Below, piece after piece: positions 24,330 through 36,999 of a stretch of DNA of 64,000 nt (its first letter is position 1; the number at the start of each line of letters is the position of its first letter). The stretch comes from Octopus sinensis (Eukaryota). The stretch spans positions 1-64,000 of the forward strand of contig NW_021835962.1 of NCBI RefSeq assembly GCF_006345805.1. The letters run 5' to 3'. Position numbers and translations under genes: made by a program. The notes beneath the pieces are model-generated. The model was not told the origin of the DNA. It saw nothing but the letters and a program-made list of their open reading frames with translations, and did not search any database.

Positions 24330-26395
24330 CGCTTCATCTCCGGTTCCCTCCCCGATTTTGCTCGTGATATTTTCTTTTCCGCCAACCTTACTGCCCTTGG
24401 GAAAAAGGACAACGGCGTGAGGCCCATCGCCGTGGGCAATATTTTCCGGAGGCTCTCCGCTAAACTTCTGTGTCGAGCCATTGTTCCCTGCTTGTCCTCG
24501 AAGTTTCTGCCTGTCCAACTCGGGGTCGGCGTTCCTAACGGCTGCGAAGCTGCTGTCCACTCAATTCGTGACTTAACTGAATCATTCGAGGAGTTTATCA
24601 TGGTCAAATTGGACGTTTCCAACGCATTCAATTCCATCAGGCGGGACCACCTTCTGGAGTGCTGTTGTGAATTAGTCCCTTTCGCCTATCCCCTTGTGCA
24701 TCTCTCTTATGCTTGCTCAAGTATCCTTATGTTCAACGATATACCTATTTCTTCGGCCACCGGGGTCCAGCAGGGAGATCCCCTGGGTCCTGTCCTTTTT
24801 GCCTTGGGCGTTAACAGTATCGCTCACTCTGTTCGATCCCCAGTTAATATATGGTATCTGGATGACGCAACCATTTGCGGTCCCCCGATGCTGTTTTTGA
24901 CGACCTTCGTTCTATCCTCCCTTCCCTCTCGGACATCGGCCTATCTATAAACGCCGATAAATCCGAAATCGTGAACATTGCCTTAAATCCGAGTGACTTC
25001 ACTGCTTCAATTTCCACGTGCCGAGGCATTCTCTCAGATGTCCGGATTACGGACAAATCAAATCTTACGATCCTCGGTGCCCCCATGGGGCCTTCTGCCC
25101 TCGAATGCTCACTCTCTGGAAAAATTTCCCATTATCCAAAATGATCGACAAGCTTAAAGTCATCGAGCCTCATGTGGCTCTTTTCCTCCTCCGAAACCAC
25201 TTTTCCGTCCCTAAGATCCTTTACACCCTAAGATGCGCACCCTGCTTTCAAAGAGGCGACCTTCTTTCCGACCTTGACAATATCCTCAGGCTCGGTACGA
25301 GCTCTCTTTGCAATCTGGCTTTCGACGATCTAGGTTGGACTCAGGCATCCCTGCCTGTACGCTGGGGCGGCCTTGGCTTGAGATCCTATTCCGATCTTGC
25401 CCTCCCGGCATTCCTATCCGCTCATCACGCTTCTCGTACTCTCTCAGACATCGTTCTTAGAAACCTCCCCGAACGGAAATTGTCTGAAGTTTACTCTGCA
25501 GCCCGTGGTCGGTGGGAGGCTCGGTTTGGTTCAAAGCTGCCCAATTCTCAATCTGCACAGCGTAAATGGGACGAAATCTCTTGTCAGGCAATCTTCGAAG
25601 GCCTGCTTCCTGTCTCCAATCAACACCGTGTCGCTTGCCTCCGTGCAGGTCGCTGTGAAGGCAGCGGTGTCTGGTTAAAGGCTCTCCCTCTCCCTTCCAT
25701 CGGGAACCTGTTGGACAAGGAATGCCTAAGAATTGCAATCTCCCTCCGTGTCGGGCTGAAAATCTGCCAGACGCACAAATGCCGTTGTGGGGGAACTGTT
25801 GACGAGTACGGTTTGCATCCCCTCGCTTGCCGGCGGAGTGCAGGTCGTGCCCCCCGTCACAGTGAACTCAACTCAGTCATACAGAGAGCCCTCGCTTCAG
25901 CAGGCATCCCGTCAATCCTTGAACCTGTTGGATTGGATAGAGGGGATGGCAAACGCCCTGACGGCATGTCCACCTTCCCCTACGAGCAGGGGAAATCCCT
26001 TATTTGGGATTCTACCTGCTCGGACACGTTCTCGCTGGGAAATCTCGCTCTGTCCGCCGCCAATCCTGGGCACGCTTCCAGGCAGGCCGAGGAGCGAAAG
26101 ATTCTCAAGTACGGCCACCTCTCCAACTCGCTGCTCTTTACTCCAATTGCCGTGGAGTCCTCCGGGATCTTCGGTCCCAAGACACTCCGCTTCCTTCGCT
26201 CGCTCGGTCGACTGATTTCAAGGACTAGTCACGATCCAAGAGAGTTTTCTTGGCTCCTGGAACGTCTGTCGATTGCTGTGATCCGAGGGAACGGCTTCGC
26301 CATTCGCGAGGCTGGTCGGGTGTCTCGTGAGGCCTTTAATTAACTTAGCTATCTTTAATTTCTTTCTTGCTTTCAGAACATAAAAAAAAATAAAA
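24330..26395 (+). mobile_element. CRE-clade retrotransposon, 5'-truncated, RT + RLE with two 1-nt frameshifts
   Basis: GVRPIAVGNIFRRL, KLDVSNAFNS, QQGDPLGP, WYLDD, CRCG..GLHPLAC, DGKRPDG. Frameshifts at the C-run 24882-24886 and about 25132. A-rich tail at about 26385-26396. Confidence 0.92.
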
Positions 26396-26439
26396 AATTT
26401 TGGACAAATAATCCCATTTGTATTGATTGGTTACGACAT

Positions 26440-26660
26440 GTGAATAATGCCATTAACGGGTCAGGAATCGCTGCAGTTGATCGGATGACTTATTTGGGTG
26501 TGCTGTTCAACCCGTCCGGTAAGTTTGATGATCACATTGCACGTACGAAAATGCATGCAATGCAGCGACTAGGCACGTTGCGTGCTTTCCGCCTGCGAAG
26601 AAGTGCCTGGCTACGCGTGTTTAACGCCATGGTGTTACCCGTGTTGACCTATGGCAGGGA
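26440..26660 (+). mobile_element. LINE RT C-terminal fragment
   Basis: MTYLGVLFNP..FDDHI..VFNAMVLPVLTYG. Confidence 0.7.
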
Positions 26661-26725
26661 TGGCAAAACACTGGCACTTTATTATTATTAGAACCAAGAT
26701 CACCGTCCAAAACATAAAACTAATT

Positions 26726-27310
26726 AATCAGGTGATCCCGGCTTCTCTGAGGAGGGTCCTCAACTTTGCCCGGTGCTCCTCCTTTGTCCCGGCACAATTT
26801 CTGTGAGGGCGCGGTGGTGGTGTTTTAGGCCCTGTAGCCCCGAGGTTTCTTTTCTGGCACATTTTGAAATTTTGAATTTCTTTTTTAAATTATTAAAATA
26901 TGATAGGATATTAATTCTTTTATTTAATTTTAACACTTTGTTTTATTTAAATAGTATTATAATAATTTTTAATAAGGTTAACCCTCCTACAGTTTATTAC
27001 GCTACACGTTACATTATTAAATGTCAGTTCTTAAGCATACTGTTAGTACAAAATCAAAGCAAGCTAAATCAAATGGCAGAACATTTCAAAATTCATGGAT
27101 TAAAGAATATGGATTGCTGAACACAGGTTAATATTTTATTTTTAGGAGACAAAGCTTTATGTGTGTTGTGCTCCGGCCAAATTGTTTGCCGAATATCTTC
27201 TATAAAACGCCATTTTAGAACTATTCACAAATCATTATCTGAGAAAACTAAGGATGAACAAAGAGAAACAATTGCATTTCAGTTAAAAAAACTCTTAACA
27301 ATCAGAATAA
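26726..27310 (+). mobile_element. hAT 5' portion (GTF2IRD2/EPM2AIP1-like BED finger)
   Basis: KALCVLC..SIKRHFRTIHK, preceded by a GC-rich leader starting CAGG. Confidence 0.55.
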
Positions 27311-27316
27311 CTCAGA

Positions 27317-27432
27317 ACAGAAATAAATCCATCAACGATCAGGAAATTAGGAGTACGCTAAACGTGTTTAGACAAACAAGAATGCCTATAGCGTACTCCT
27401 AATTTCCGGATCGTTGATGGATTTATTTCTGT
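27317..27432. repeat. Inverted repeat: 44-bp stem (1 mismatch), 28-nt loop
   Basis: 27317-27360 is the reverse complement of 27389-27432 except for one base. Confidence 0.95.
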
Positions 27433-28016
27433 AGTCGAATATTTATCATCTCGAGAGGAACGGAAGACTAGGGAAGGTTTATTTGGCAAATTTTCCGACA
27501 ATTGCCTCATTTTAATATTATCGAATATTTAATGATTGCCTTGTGCCTGATGAGAATTTGTTAGTTTCTTATGTCATCTTCACTATTTAAATCTCAAATC
27601 TCTTTTATTCACAATTTGTAATTTATTTCTTTTTTGGTCAAAATATTGGAGACTGCACTAAATACCCTTTCAACTATATGTTCATGCAGCAGGAAATGGA
27701 ACGCTGATGGAATTTCGAGCACTATTATTACAAAATCTGTTAGAATATTCTATGACAAATCTAACTCGTGAGAAAATACGGAATTTTACAGAAATGCAGA
27801 AAAAATCATTGCAAATTGTTCGATTGGGATTCCACAATACTGTAAAACTTTTTGGCCGAGAACATTTTTTACCTTGAAAATATCTTGATCATTATCCGAC
27901 ATTTAATTTTATATATTCGATTTTTATCGGTATTTATCCTATTAGATTAGTTTTTATTTATAAATGTTATCATGGCAAACCTTAATTTCTAGCGTGATAT
28001 TTAGCATGAATGATTA

Positions 28017-28430
28017 TTTTGTTGCAATGGCTTCTTACAAGGGTTTTGTAAAAGATTGCGTTGAATATCAAATTTTAAAAAATGCTTTACATGATAAATC
28101 TCCCGAAAATCTTCCAAGGCACCGAAAATATAGACTTATAAAGAAAATGGAGAATTTCACCATTATCAATGACAGGTACTGTAAATTTGTAATAAATTTA
28201 CAGACTTTATCTTAAATCTAGTGATCCCAAGTTAGTCATATCCCTCGATGATGAAACCGAAATGGAGCTTGTGGCGAAATCATTACATGAGTTTTCACAC
28301 GGAGGAGTAAATAAAATTGAATATGAATGTCGACAAAGATATTTCAGTCAAGAATGACATTATCAGAAAATTTATTCGAAATTGTGAAGTTTGCAAATTT
28401 TCGCGACTTTTAAAAGTTGACCAGACTAAA
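28017..28430 (+). mobile_element. Gypsy-like/Ginger integrase zinc-binding fragment
   Basis: HEFSHGGVNKIEY..IRKFIRNCEVC matches the integrase H2C2 pattern. Confidence 0.55.
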
Positions 28431-28439
28431 AAAATAGTT

Positions 28440-28575
28440 ACCAAAATTTTACTCTTTACCAGAATTTATAAAGAGCCTGGAAGTCAGCTCAAAGTCGCCG
28501 CAGTGCGTATCGAGTGGCAGTTTCCGCGGAGCACCGCGACCGAGATTCGCTGGAAGAGCCAGCTGGTCTCCCTCC
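28440..28575 (-). mobile_element. CRE extreme 3' fragment
   Basis: NDRRETSWLFQRISVAVLRGN, nearly identical to the peptide in 13676-14020. Confidence 0.8.
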
Positions 28576-29342
28576 GGTCGTTTCCATCAATTAAATTAAT
28601 TGAAGTTAATCTTAATTCAATCGGCGGCCAGACATTTATAATGACCACGCACCAGTCCACCTTGTACATATGTACTTGCAGATGTTTTCCGCAACAGCCT
28701 GTGGCAATACTCACACCGATCACGGTCAAATTTAAGTTCCCGAAAATAATTCTTTACGAATGCTGTATTCCAATCTTTCTCATCAAAATTCGACATTATC
28801 ACAAAGAAGAAGCTAGTAAATATTTTATTTAGTCTTTTAAATTTTTAATAGAATATAATAAAAATTAATATAATAAATAAATTTATTGTAAATTCTAATA
28901 CAGTTCTAATTTTGTTAATTTCTATTAAACATGTTAATTTCGTCTGTCCTACAATTGCTGGATTTTTAGCATACATCTGGCCGCTCTACAACGACAAATC
29001 TGTCTCTTAAGTTATGAGTATAGAATGAAAACACATCCTTCTTTTGATATACCAAAGGCCTTGGATTCTTTTTCAAAATAAAAGCTTTGACAGTGGTTTT
29101 TGCTTATTTGTTGTCTGTGTTCCCGTCCCAGATCACTTAATTTAGTTCAAATAGAAGATTTAAGGAAATAGTCCTACTCCATATACGTTAGAATTTTATC
29201 AAAAAATAAATTCGTTGGGACCATTAAATTTGTCTTGGAATGTGCTGGATTACATTTATCTATCACATTAACTGGCATTTCAATAGATCAACCCAACAAT
29301 AATTTATATATTTTACATTCAGACCGATATATATTAATTATT

Positions 29343-29550
29343 AACATCGGGAAGGCCTCGGAAAACGTCCAGCACTCCTCCTGCACGATAAAGGATGCAG
29401 ACCGAAAGGGTCAACAGTGCAGCCACAACGACACGTGTGCGGGACACATTGCCTGAGTCCGAGTGTGTGGCTCGAGGAGACGGACGAGACAAAAGCAGGG
29501 AACGATAAGTCGGAACATAAGCGGATGCTGAGCCCCGCAAAAGATAACGG
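29343..29550 (-). mobile_element. CRE fragment with internal deletion
   Basis: SDLSFPAFVSS is joined to HTCRCGCTVDPFGLHPLSCRRSAGRFPR; these motifs are about 400 nt apart in fuller copies. Confidence 0.8.
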
Positions 29551-29934
29551 GAGGGTTTACATTTTATTTACCTAAATGTGATATATTATGGAATTCTTGT
29601 TGTGCGTGCATGTTCGTTTCGACTGAGCTCTGTGAAACGTTACCTGAGGGCCTACCTACGAATCAATTGAAAAGAAAAGCCAGTGAGAACGTAGATGAAG
29701 TGGCCCAATGCCAAAGAATTTGCCTTATCTCACAACCCTTCTCCCCAAGTAGGCCACGAAGGCCTGCTTACCTTGCAAGCAGTAATCGATCAAGTCACAA
29801 GTTCCGACAAGATTCAGTGGGCCACAGAAGTGGTTCATTCTGTCAGACAAAGATTTGGAAGGATTTCTCGCGGTGGATGGCCTCATATAACAAGGGCGTT
29901 CAATTGCATTTTGAGGAGGATTATGATTGTTAAA

Positions 29935-31900
29935 CCCATCCGCAATGTGTCAGTCTTGAGAGATGGGTGGAAGTGGAATCCAAAGAACGAAAGCCGTGTT
30001 GAGATTCAGCAAATAGGAGGAAAGGTTTTATGATGCTCAGTACTACCCGTTCTGTTATTTTTAAACCACTGAAATCAAAGAGATAGGTCGAAAAGGTCAG
30101 ATGTATCTCGATTTGGTTTTGGAATAGGGATGATGGTAGATTTTTCCAAAGCATAGGAACCAAACCATGGTTGATCGAGTATTCGATTAAATTGGTCAGG
30201 GCCAGAAAGTCATTTGGACCCAGATTTTTTAGATGGTGGATGACAAGACCATCCGGACCTCTGGCGTAAGAATTTCGCGAGTTAACAACAAGCTGCTTGG
30301 TAAGTGATTCTGGGATGTTAATAAAGTGTGTAGAATTGACATTGGAATTATATGAGATTTTCTTATGAAACAGAGATGTTTGGGGTAGGAATAGTTTAGG
30401 CTCTAAGTTGAACTGATGTAGGAAGGTGACTAATTTTTGCATAATGACGAATTAAGATGTTAGCTTGATCCCGAAAGGATAGGAAAGATTTTTTGGACGA
30501 GATGCCGGTGGCATGTGAGAGAGGGCATGTTTGCCTTGTGTGAATTTTCTTGAGAGATCTCCAGAAAACACGGGATCCAGTATGTGGGGATATAGATGTG
30601 AAAAAATCATTTCATTTTTCAGTTTTATGTTTTTTGATTAGTTCGTCGATTTGTTTATTAATTTCTGCTAGATATTCCGCAGTTCCATTTATAGATGTCG
30701 TCGATTTGAGCCTCCTTCGTTTTTTGAATAGTTCAATGATCGGGGGAGGATAATGGAGGCCGTGATTTTTGATGAACCCGCAGGGAATAAATCTTTTGTC
30801 CGCAGAAAGAAGTATATTAGTAAAGAAAGCAACAGCAGCATCAAATGATCGAAAGGAGGAGCAAGAAAAGTTACTGAATATACGCTCAGTGTCATTCCTG
30901 AAGGAGTCCCATTTCCCACGTTTGTAGTTAATGTAGGTCTTCATAATTCTCTTTTTTACAGGGTGATGATTTATTTTAATTAGAATAGGATTGTGATCCG
31001 TTGGTAGGTCGTACACCACTGTCCATTTGGTGTCGAGTGCAATGTTTGGAGAACATAAGGTGATGTCAGGAGAAGTGTTTAAATCTCCAGGACGCATTGC
31101 ACAGCGGGTGTGCAGAAGAGGATTGTTTAGAGTGATCAATTCTTCCGCATCAGTTATAATTTGTTGGCCTCGTTTATCAGTTTTGTTTGGATAGCCAAAG
31201 AGGGCGTTGAAGTCGCCACAAAGAATACAGTTTCAAGTGAAAAAAGAGGCAGTAAGTTCGGAGTATAATTAGGATCACATGACGAAATCGGGGGGATATA
31301 TAAGTCGTCGAGAATAGTGGAATATCCCTTTTCACAGGTGGGAAAGACCTCTAGTCGTGCTACAACGCCGAAGGTAATTCTACCCCCGGCGCGAGCGGTC
31401 TTCTTCGTCTGCGGATCCATCTCCGAAGACGAATTGCGAGTACCTAAATTGTTAGAAATTGGACGGCAAGCGACACGTTTAGGTTTCCCAACGTTACGCC
31501 AGCCGTCCTCATGGGCTACCTGAGTACTTTTTTTTCGCGATCGTTTAGCAGAACTTTTTTTCTGCTTTAAGATTGTCATTTTTGCGCATCACAGAAAAAA
31601 CGAGCATGCTTGCACGCTACAATTCAACTCTCAGTAAGTTTGGTCTCACTATTCTCCACGCTATATCAATAGAGTTCGTGTGAAGAAAGTAGCGTAGGTC
31701 ATTGCATTTCTTAGAGATCCCGTTAATGTTTAGTTGAAGGATGGTTAGTGTTCTAATAGATTCAGGTTTTGCTCCACATCTCCACACCGAATCAACAACA
31801 GAGTCAGGGAACGTAAGCTTGACGCTCGTAGCCACTGCCAACCAAACCGTTGACATGTTGGTTGGCAAGGAAAAGGTTGGTTCTGTTTGTTACTGAAGGA
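29935..31900 (-). mobile_element. APE-type LINE ORF2 (2A-like leader, endonuclease, start of RT), decayed
   Basis: ILQLNINGI, YIPP.SSC, ILCGDFNA, SPDITL..TDHNPI, ARGPDG, SQHGFR. LLLIRCGDVEQN lies just upstream. Confidence 0.85.
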
Positions 31901-31989
31901 GAATCAGCATCCAATCGTCTCCACGAGAAGGTGAACCACATGACGATCAAGGAAACACTAGAAAAAATCAAAGAAATCAAGGACCCCAA

Positions 31990-33660
31990 AAATTTAAAAA
32001 GCCAACCTGGCACCCCCTTTTTTAAATCTAACAGATATTTGTATTAAAATGATCATTAAAAAAATATTTAGGTTCCTTGAGATTTTTTTGCCTTTTAGTC
32101 TTATTAATTCTTCGAAACGCGGTTTTTTGTTTGCTAGTGCAATTCTGAGATTGTTTTCAGGGCTAAGAGAGTTTCTGTTCTTATTTTTTATACATAATAG
32201 AGATGAAAATCCAGATTCACATAGCCAAGTTGTTGCAAATGGAATCAGAACTTCCAGTGCTTTCTTTCCAAGTTTCGGGAACCCTGCTTGCAAACCGCTC
32301 CAAAAAACTTCTAAAGTATTTGAGCCGTACAACATTTTCAGTGATGTAGATGCTTGCAATTTAATCAAATCGTCTTTAACTTCGTTTCTATCATCCATCT
32401 TTTCCATTTGAAAACAAATGGATTAACGATCCGTGTATCAGAATCTTCGATATTTCCGAGTAGAAAACATTCATCAAATGAATTTTTTGAACATTCAAGA
32501 TTGTTGTTGATTTGTTTAATAGTTTTATCAAAAGTCAAGTCGGAATCAATAGCAACTTTATCCAACGTTGGAAAATTGGCAAAATTAATGTCTTAAATAC
32601 GGCGAGTCCATAACAAAAGTTAATTCCTGAAGGTATTTAGATTGTCAGAAGCATTAATAATGCTTATCCCTTTCCCTTCAATTGAAAGATTCAACTCGTT
32701 AAGGTGATTGAAATTGTCAGCCAAATATGCCACCAAAATAACAAAATCAGGAGATTTGATAGAATCAAGTAGTTCAGAGTTTTTTCAAATAGAAATTGCT
32801 TGATTTCAACTCTGAGAATATAAAATCTTGTTAAAACACGACCTCTTGAATGCCATCTAAAGTCAGTATGATACAAAAGAACAGTGGTGTCAGCATCATA
32901 ATCAATACATAATGCTTTGAACAATCTATGATTCAAAGCTCTTCCTCGAATAAAATTCACAATTTTGACGCATGAATTTGAAACGGTATTTAACAGAACG
33001 AATATCCATAGCCATAGTCAAAGGCAATACTCTGGCTATCTACCAATGACCAGTTTTCTTTAGTCTTTAACAAAAAAATATTTGTCAACTTAATAGGCAA
33101 GAACTTTGATACGAGTGTATGTCGATAAAGAATACAGTGAGTAACTTTTACATCTGGAACATGTTTTCTTAAAAGGGCTGCAAAGCCCGACCTGTTCCCC
33201 AGCATAACTGGAGCACCGTCCGTGCAAACTGATCCGATAAATTCAAATGGAATATCATTTTCATTAAAAAAAAGTCTCAGGTATATGGAAAACATTTTTT
33301 TACAGAGGCTTCTTTTTCGAATTAACAAGAGTCTCGGCACTTCTTCGATTTTGCAACTTCATATGCTACTTGGAATGATTCCAAATAGTAGCGGTTTGTC
33401 AATGGAGGTAAATTCATGCTTCGGAAGCGTTCCTTTAATATTGTATCTGACCCTTTTAACCTTTAAACATTCGAAATCATTTCCTGAACGTTTTATTCCC
33501 CCGTGCTAACCAAAAAAATGCTTGTTCAGCTAAAATGGTTTCAAATTAGAGTTAGAAAAGATTGCATCACAAATGATGCACTGGGGTCGATCGATTCCAT
33601 CAATGATTATTTTCGTAAACCATAGTTAAAATAGTCAAGATCCCAATTAGTGAGACAAGA
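31990..33660 (-). mobile_element. hAT Buster/ZBED5-like transposase, fragmented
   Basis: RPQCIIC, VCTDGAPVMLG, THCILYR, LLYHTDFRWHSRG, and dimerisation domain IPFATTWLCESGFS. Confidence 0.9.
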
Positions 33661-33689
33661 TCCCAGTCATTCTATTAAAAAATTCTGGT

Positions 33690-33993
33690 GACGAAAAAGT
33701 TACCTTTCTATCAGCTATCTTCAACCATTCGATCTACAAAAATGTGTTACCGTTATTATGGAAACACTAATAAGGCCGATAATGAAACCTGAAAGACCTA
33801 GAGACAACCCTGCATCTTTTAGACCGGTTTCCCTATTATGGTCCATGTCGAAAAATCCTGGAAAAGATGGTTCTTGGAAATATAAGCTAACATGGATCGG
33901 CTGAACGTCTTACTACCTGATAGGTGCCTGACAAAGTGCATCGGGATCACGTGACTATTTGTCCGGTTTCTTTGTGTTTAAATAAATAAATAA
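33690..33993 (+). mobile_element. Internally deleted LINE: RT start fused to 3' UTR with (TAAA)n tail
   Basis: IFNHSI..IMKPE..PASFRPVSLL, then gatcacgtga..tttaaataaataaataaa. Confidence 0.7.
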
Positions 33994-34220
33994 ACACAGA
34001 GAATTCAGCACTCATGGATAACAGTCTGATAGCCAGAGGAAGAATTCCAAGAACAGTAGGGACCAGGATTACCTAGCCTAGTTAGCTTAACTTTCTCTCT
34101 TCGTGGTCTTATGATTAAATAATAAAATGAAATAAAATTGATGATGATGAATGAATTTCCATTCTCACGATATCATAATAACTATATTTGCAAACTTGCC
34201 GTCATTATTACCAATTACGA

Positions 34221-34935
34221 ATGTTTGATGAGGAGATGATTCAGAGTCATACAACTGCTATGGCCATCCGATATGCAGGAGGTGTTGTTGTGGCTGCAGA
34301 CAGCCGAGTAACTCTGCCGGGCCCTTTAAAGAAATGTATACTAGTTTTTTACTCAATTTAGGCTTTGACACAGAAAAAAATATTTCAGTTATCAATAAAT
34401 TCAGTATTGACATACAGTGGATCAGTAAAAGTCGCGAAAAATCTTGTAGAACACATTAAAAATGTGTACACGTAATTATTTATATTTTCAACATTTAGAG
34501 ATGCTTCAAGAGTGGATCACCTGACGATAGAACTGCGAATTCACAAGTTTTTACAACATATAAAAATGGAATGCGAATATACTGTAAACTTAAGTTTTCT
34601 AGATGTTTAGCGAGTCATTTTTGTATGTTTTGACGGGACAATGGATTTTATTTCAATAATCGACCATGAAAAAATGTCATACAAAAATATCTACGATTGG
34701 TTCAAGATCTCGCCCGGCATTTAATCATGCAAAAAAAAGTTTCCATATACAATTATTTTAGTTACCCGGGCGAACATTCCACAAAAGAAGATATAATTAA
34801 ATTAGCAAATGGACCAATAAAACGCGCTGAAAAATCTGACAAAAAACGGGAGGACCAATATTTAGTTAATGTTATCTATAAGATATTAGTCGTCTCTCTT
34901 TCCATGAACGGCATCATTTTTGAAAGTTATCGATG
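34221..34935 (+). pseudogene. Highly diverged proteasome beta-type subunit (closest-looking to beta1/PSMB6), 3' half disrupted
   Basis: HTTAMAIRYAGGVVVAADSRVT resembles [22 protein letters not shown]. Introns at 34336-34361 (26 nt) and 34472-34498 (27 nt). Later TKEDIIKLA..RAEKSD. Confidence 0.6.
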
Positions 34936-35063
34936 ATCCAAGTTTAGTTTAATGCAAAAAATTATTTTTAGGTGTTTAAATAAGCGTCGGCTATTTACTG
35001 ATTGATATAAATTAAATGAATCACATTAAGAAGATATATTCGTGGCTGCTGGACTAGAGAAAA

Positions 35064-35320
35064 ATGTGGAAAAGTCAGGTGGGTTTTGTGCGGACTCCTT
35101 ATGGAGACAGAGACTGTTTCGGTATTGGGAGGGGCATCCGACAAGGCTGTATTCTATCCCCGGTACTGTTTAATATTTACACGGAGAAAGTCATGGAGGA
35201 GTTAAATTGCGAAAATGATATCGGAATCAAGATTGGTAGCCTCAACATAAATAATCTCTGTTATGCAGACGATACTACTCTGAAACAGAGGATGGCTTGA
35301 GGCAATTAATTACGAGAGTC
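35064..35320 (+). mobile_element. RTE-like RT fragment
   Basis: RGIRQGCILSPVLFNIYTE..NNLCYADD. Confidence 0.85.
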
Positions 35321-35859
35321 TTTATTGCCATACCTTATGCAGTGTTTGGGGACGGTTTTGCGGTAATTGACGGAAAGATTGAGAGTGGGAAAAATTATTG
35401 ATTGACAACTTTTATGTAGATAAAAAGATTTAAAAAGAAAAATTAAAGTTTAAAAAAAGCTTAAAAGATTTAAAAGAAAAATAATTCAATCTCTTCCTCA
35501 TAAATAAAATTGTGTTACAAAGAATGAAAATTTTAATTAAAAATAGGATTAAATTCAATTTCAAAATAAGTAGAATATACAGATTGAAGGAATAAACTTA
35601 CAAATATTACAAAATGATGAAATTTCAGATAATTAAATCATTAAAAGAAACTACATCGCAAAATATCCCTTCTGAATCCAATTAAATAAAAAATAAAGAT
35701 CGACCAAATAATGTAACAAAACAACAAAGTATGTCAACCACGTGTTTACACGGGCATAATTTATTAGGTTTTCTATTAATAATTGGATAACCAAAAATTA
35801 AGATAATTTATTAATGAAAACAAACATTATTTTAATTAAAACATAATTCTATCTAATAG

Positions 35860-36620
35860 CTTATAAACAGTGTACATATTAGAGCACATATTTCTGCAAT
35901 GCTCCAGATAGCTGAAATAAGGATACAAAGAAGTGCGATCAAGATTGTTGAGCTTAAGTTGTTGCATACTTCTTTGAAAGATTTATGAAAAAGTGGTCTG
36001 ACAAATGCAAATCTGAATAAATTGTTGAGAGACCAACTACCAACCTACTATAAACATCGATGACTATTAAAATCCATTTTTAATTATTATTTGCGACTGA
36101 AAACTTTTTAGATCTACAAGATCTAGTTGAAACCTTTCATTCGGAGAAGAAGCAAAAATATGATGATTCATATTGTGGGTCGGGCTCCATTGGAATATTG
36201 CACATTTTATGGGTCTCATCAAAGTACACAGTGAGTAATTTAAAATACATCATGGTAGGGAATGACTGATTTGTGGCCACTAAAAAATGTCATACCTAGG
36301 CATGTAACTATAATGTTAGAATAAGATTTGTGCAGAGCTTTAAACTGATAAGACGTGCAAATGCATTTACATTCACGACATTAAATATGTTGTCTGGTAT
36401 TTTCTGTACTGAGTTTCAGATACAGTAACTGGTATTAGATAAAATGTTGATTACAAATGTTTCAATTTTGTAATTTGGAGAATGTTTTGCCAAAAGAAAA
36501 TGCAACGTCATGTTGAATTAAAATTAATTTTGAATGTTTCGCAACATTCTCCAATGAAATCACCGTATCTAAAGCCCTAAATGATTCTTAAAACATTTGT
36601 GTTAAGTCACAGTCACGTTG
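35860..36620 (-). pseudogene. Decayed LRR/transmembrane gene copy A
   Basis: DNA paralog of 37320-37780 (shared ggcatgtaact.taatgttagaataagatttgt). Ends in TM-like ILIALLCILISAIWSIAEICALICTLF. Confidence 0.4.
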
Positions 36621-36999
36621 GATCACTAATTTATAGATATTAAGCTTTTCCTGATTGTTATTACTCGTATAATGAAAGTCTAAAAACAAAATTAGATAGT
36701 AGCCAGGAAAGTAGTCAAAATGCTAATGGTCTGGTCAACGGCAACACCCGTCAATCCTCGCGGCTGTACTCTTTTGGCAGGATACCGGTACTCGGATTGG
36801 TCCCGGGTGACCCTTTCCAAAAATGCTGCGATGTGTTTAAGCAATACCACTTAAATGAAGTTAATAGCAACTTGCAATCCACTTTGCAAGTTTGCCTTTA
36901 ATTCTGACTAGTGCATGTAACAATAAAGAAAAGCGGAAACAAGAAATATCAGAATAAATAATTAGGTTAGTTAATGAATACCGTTAGAATATTTTTTCA

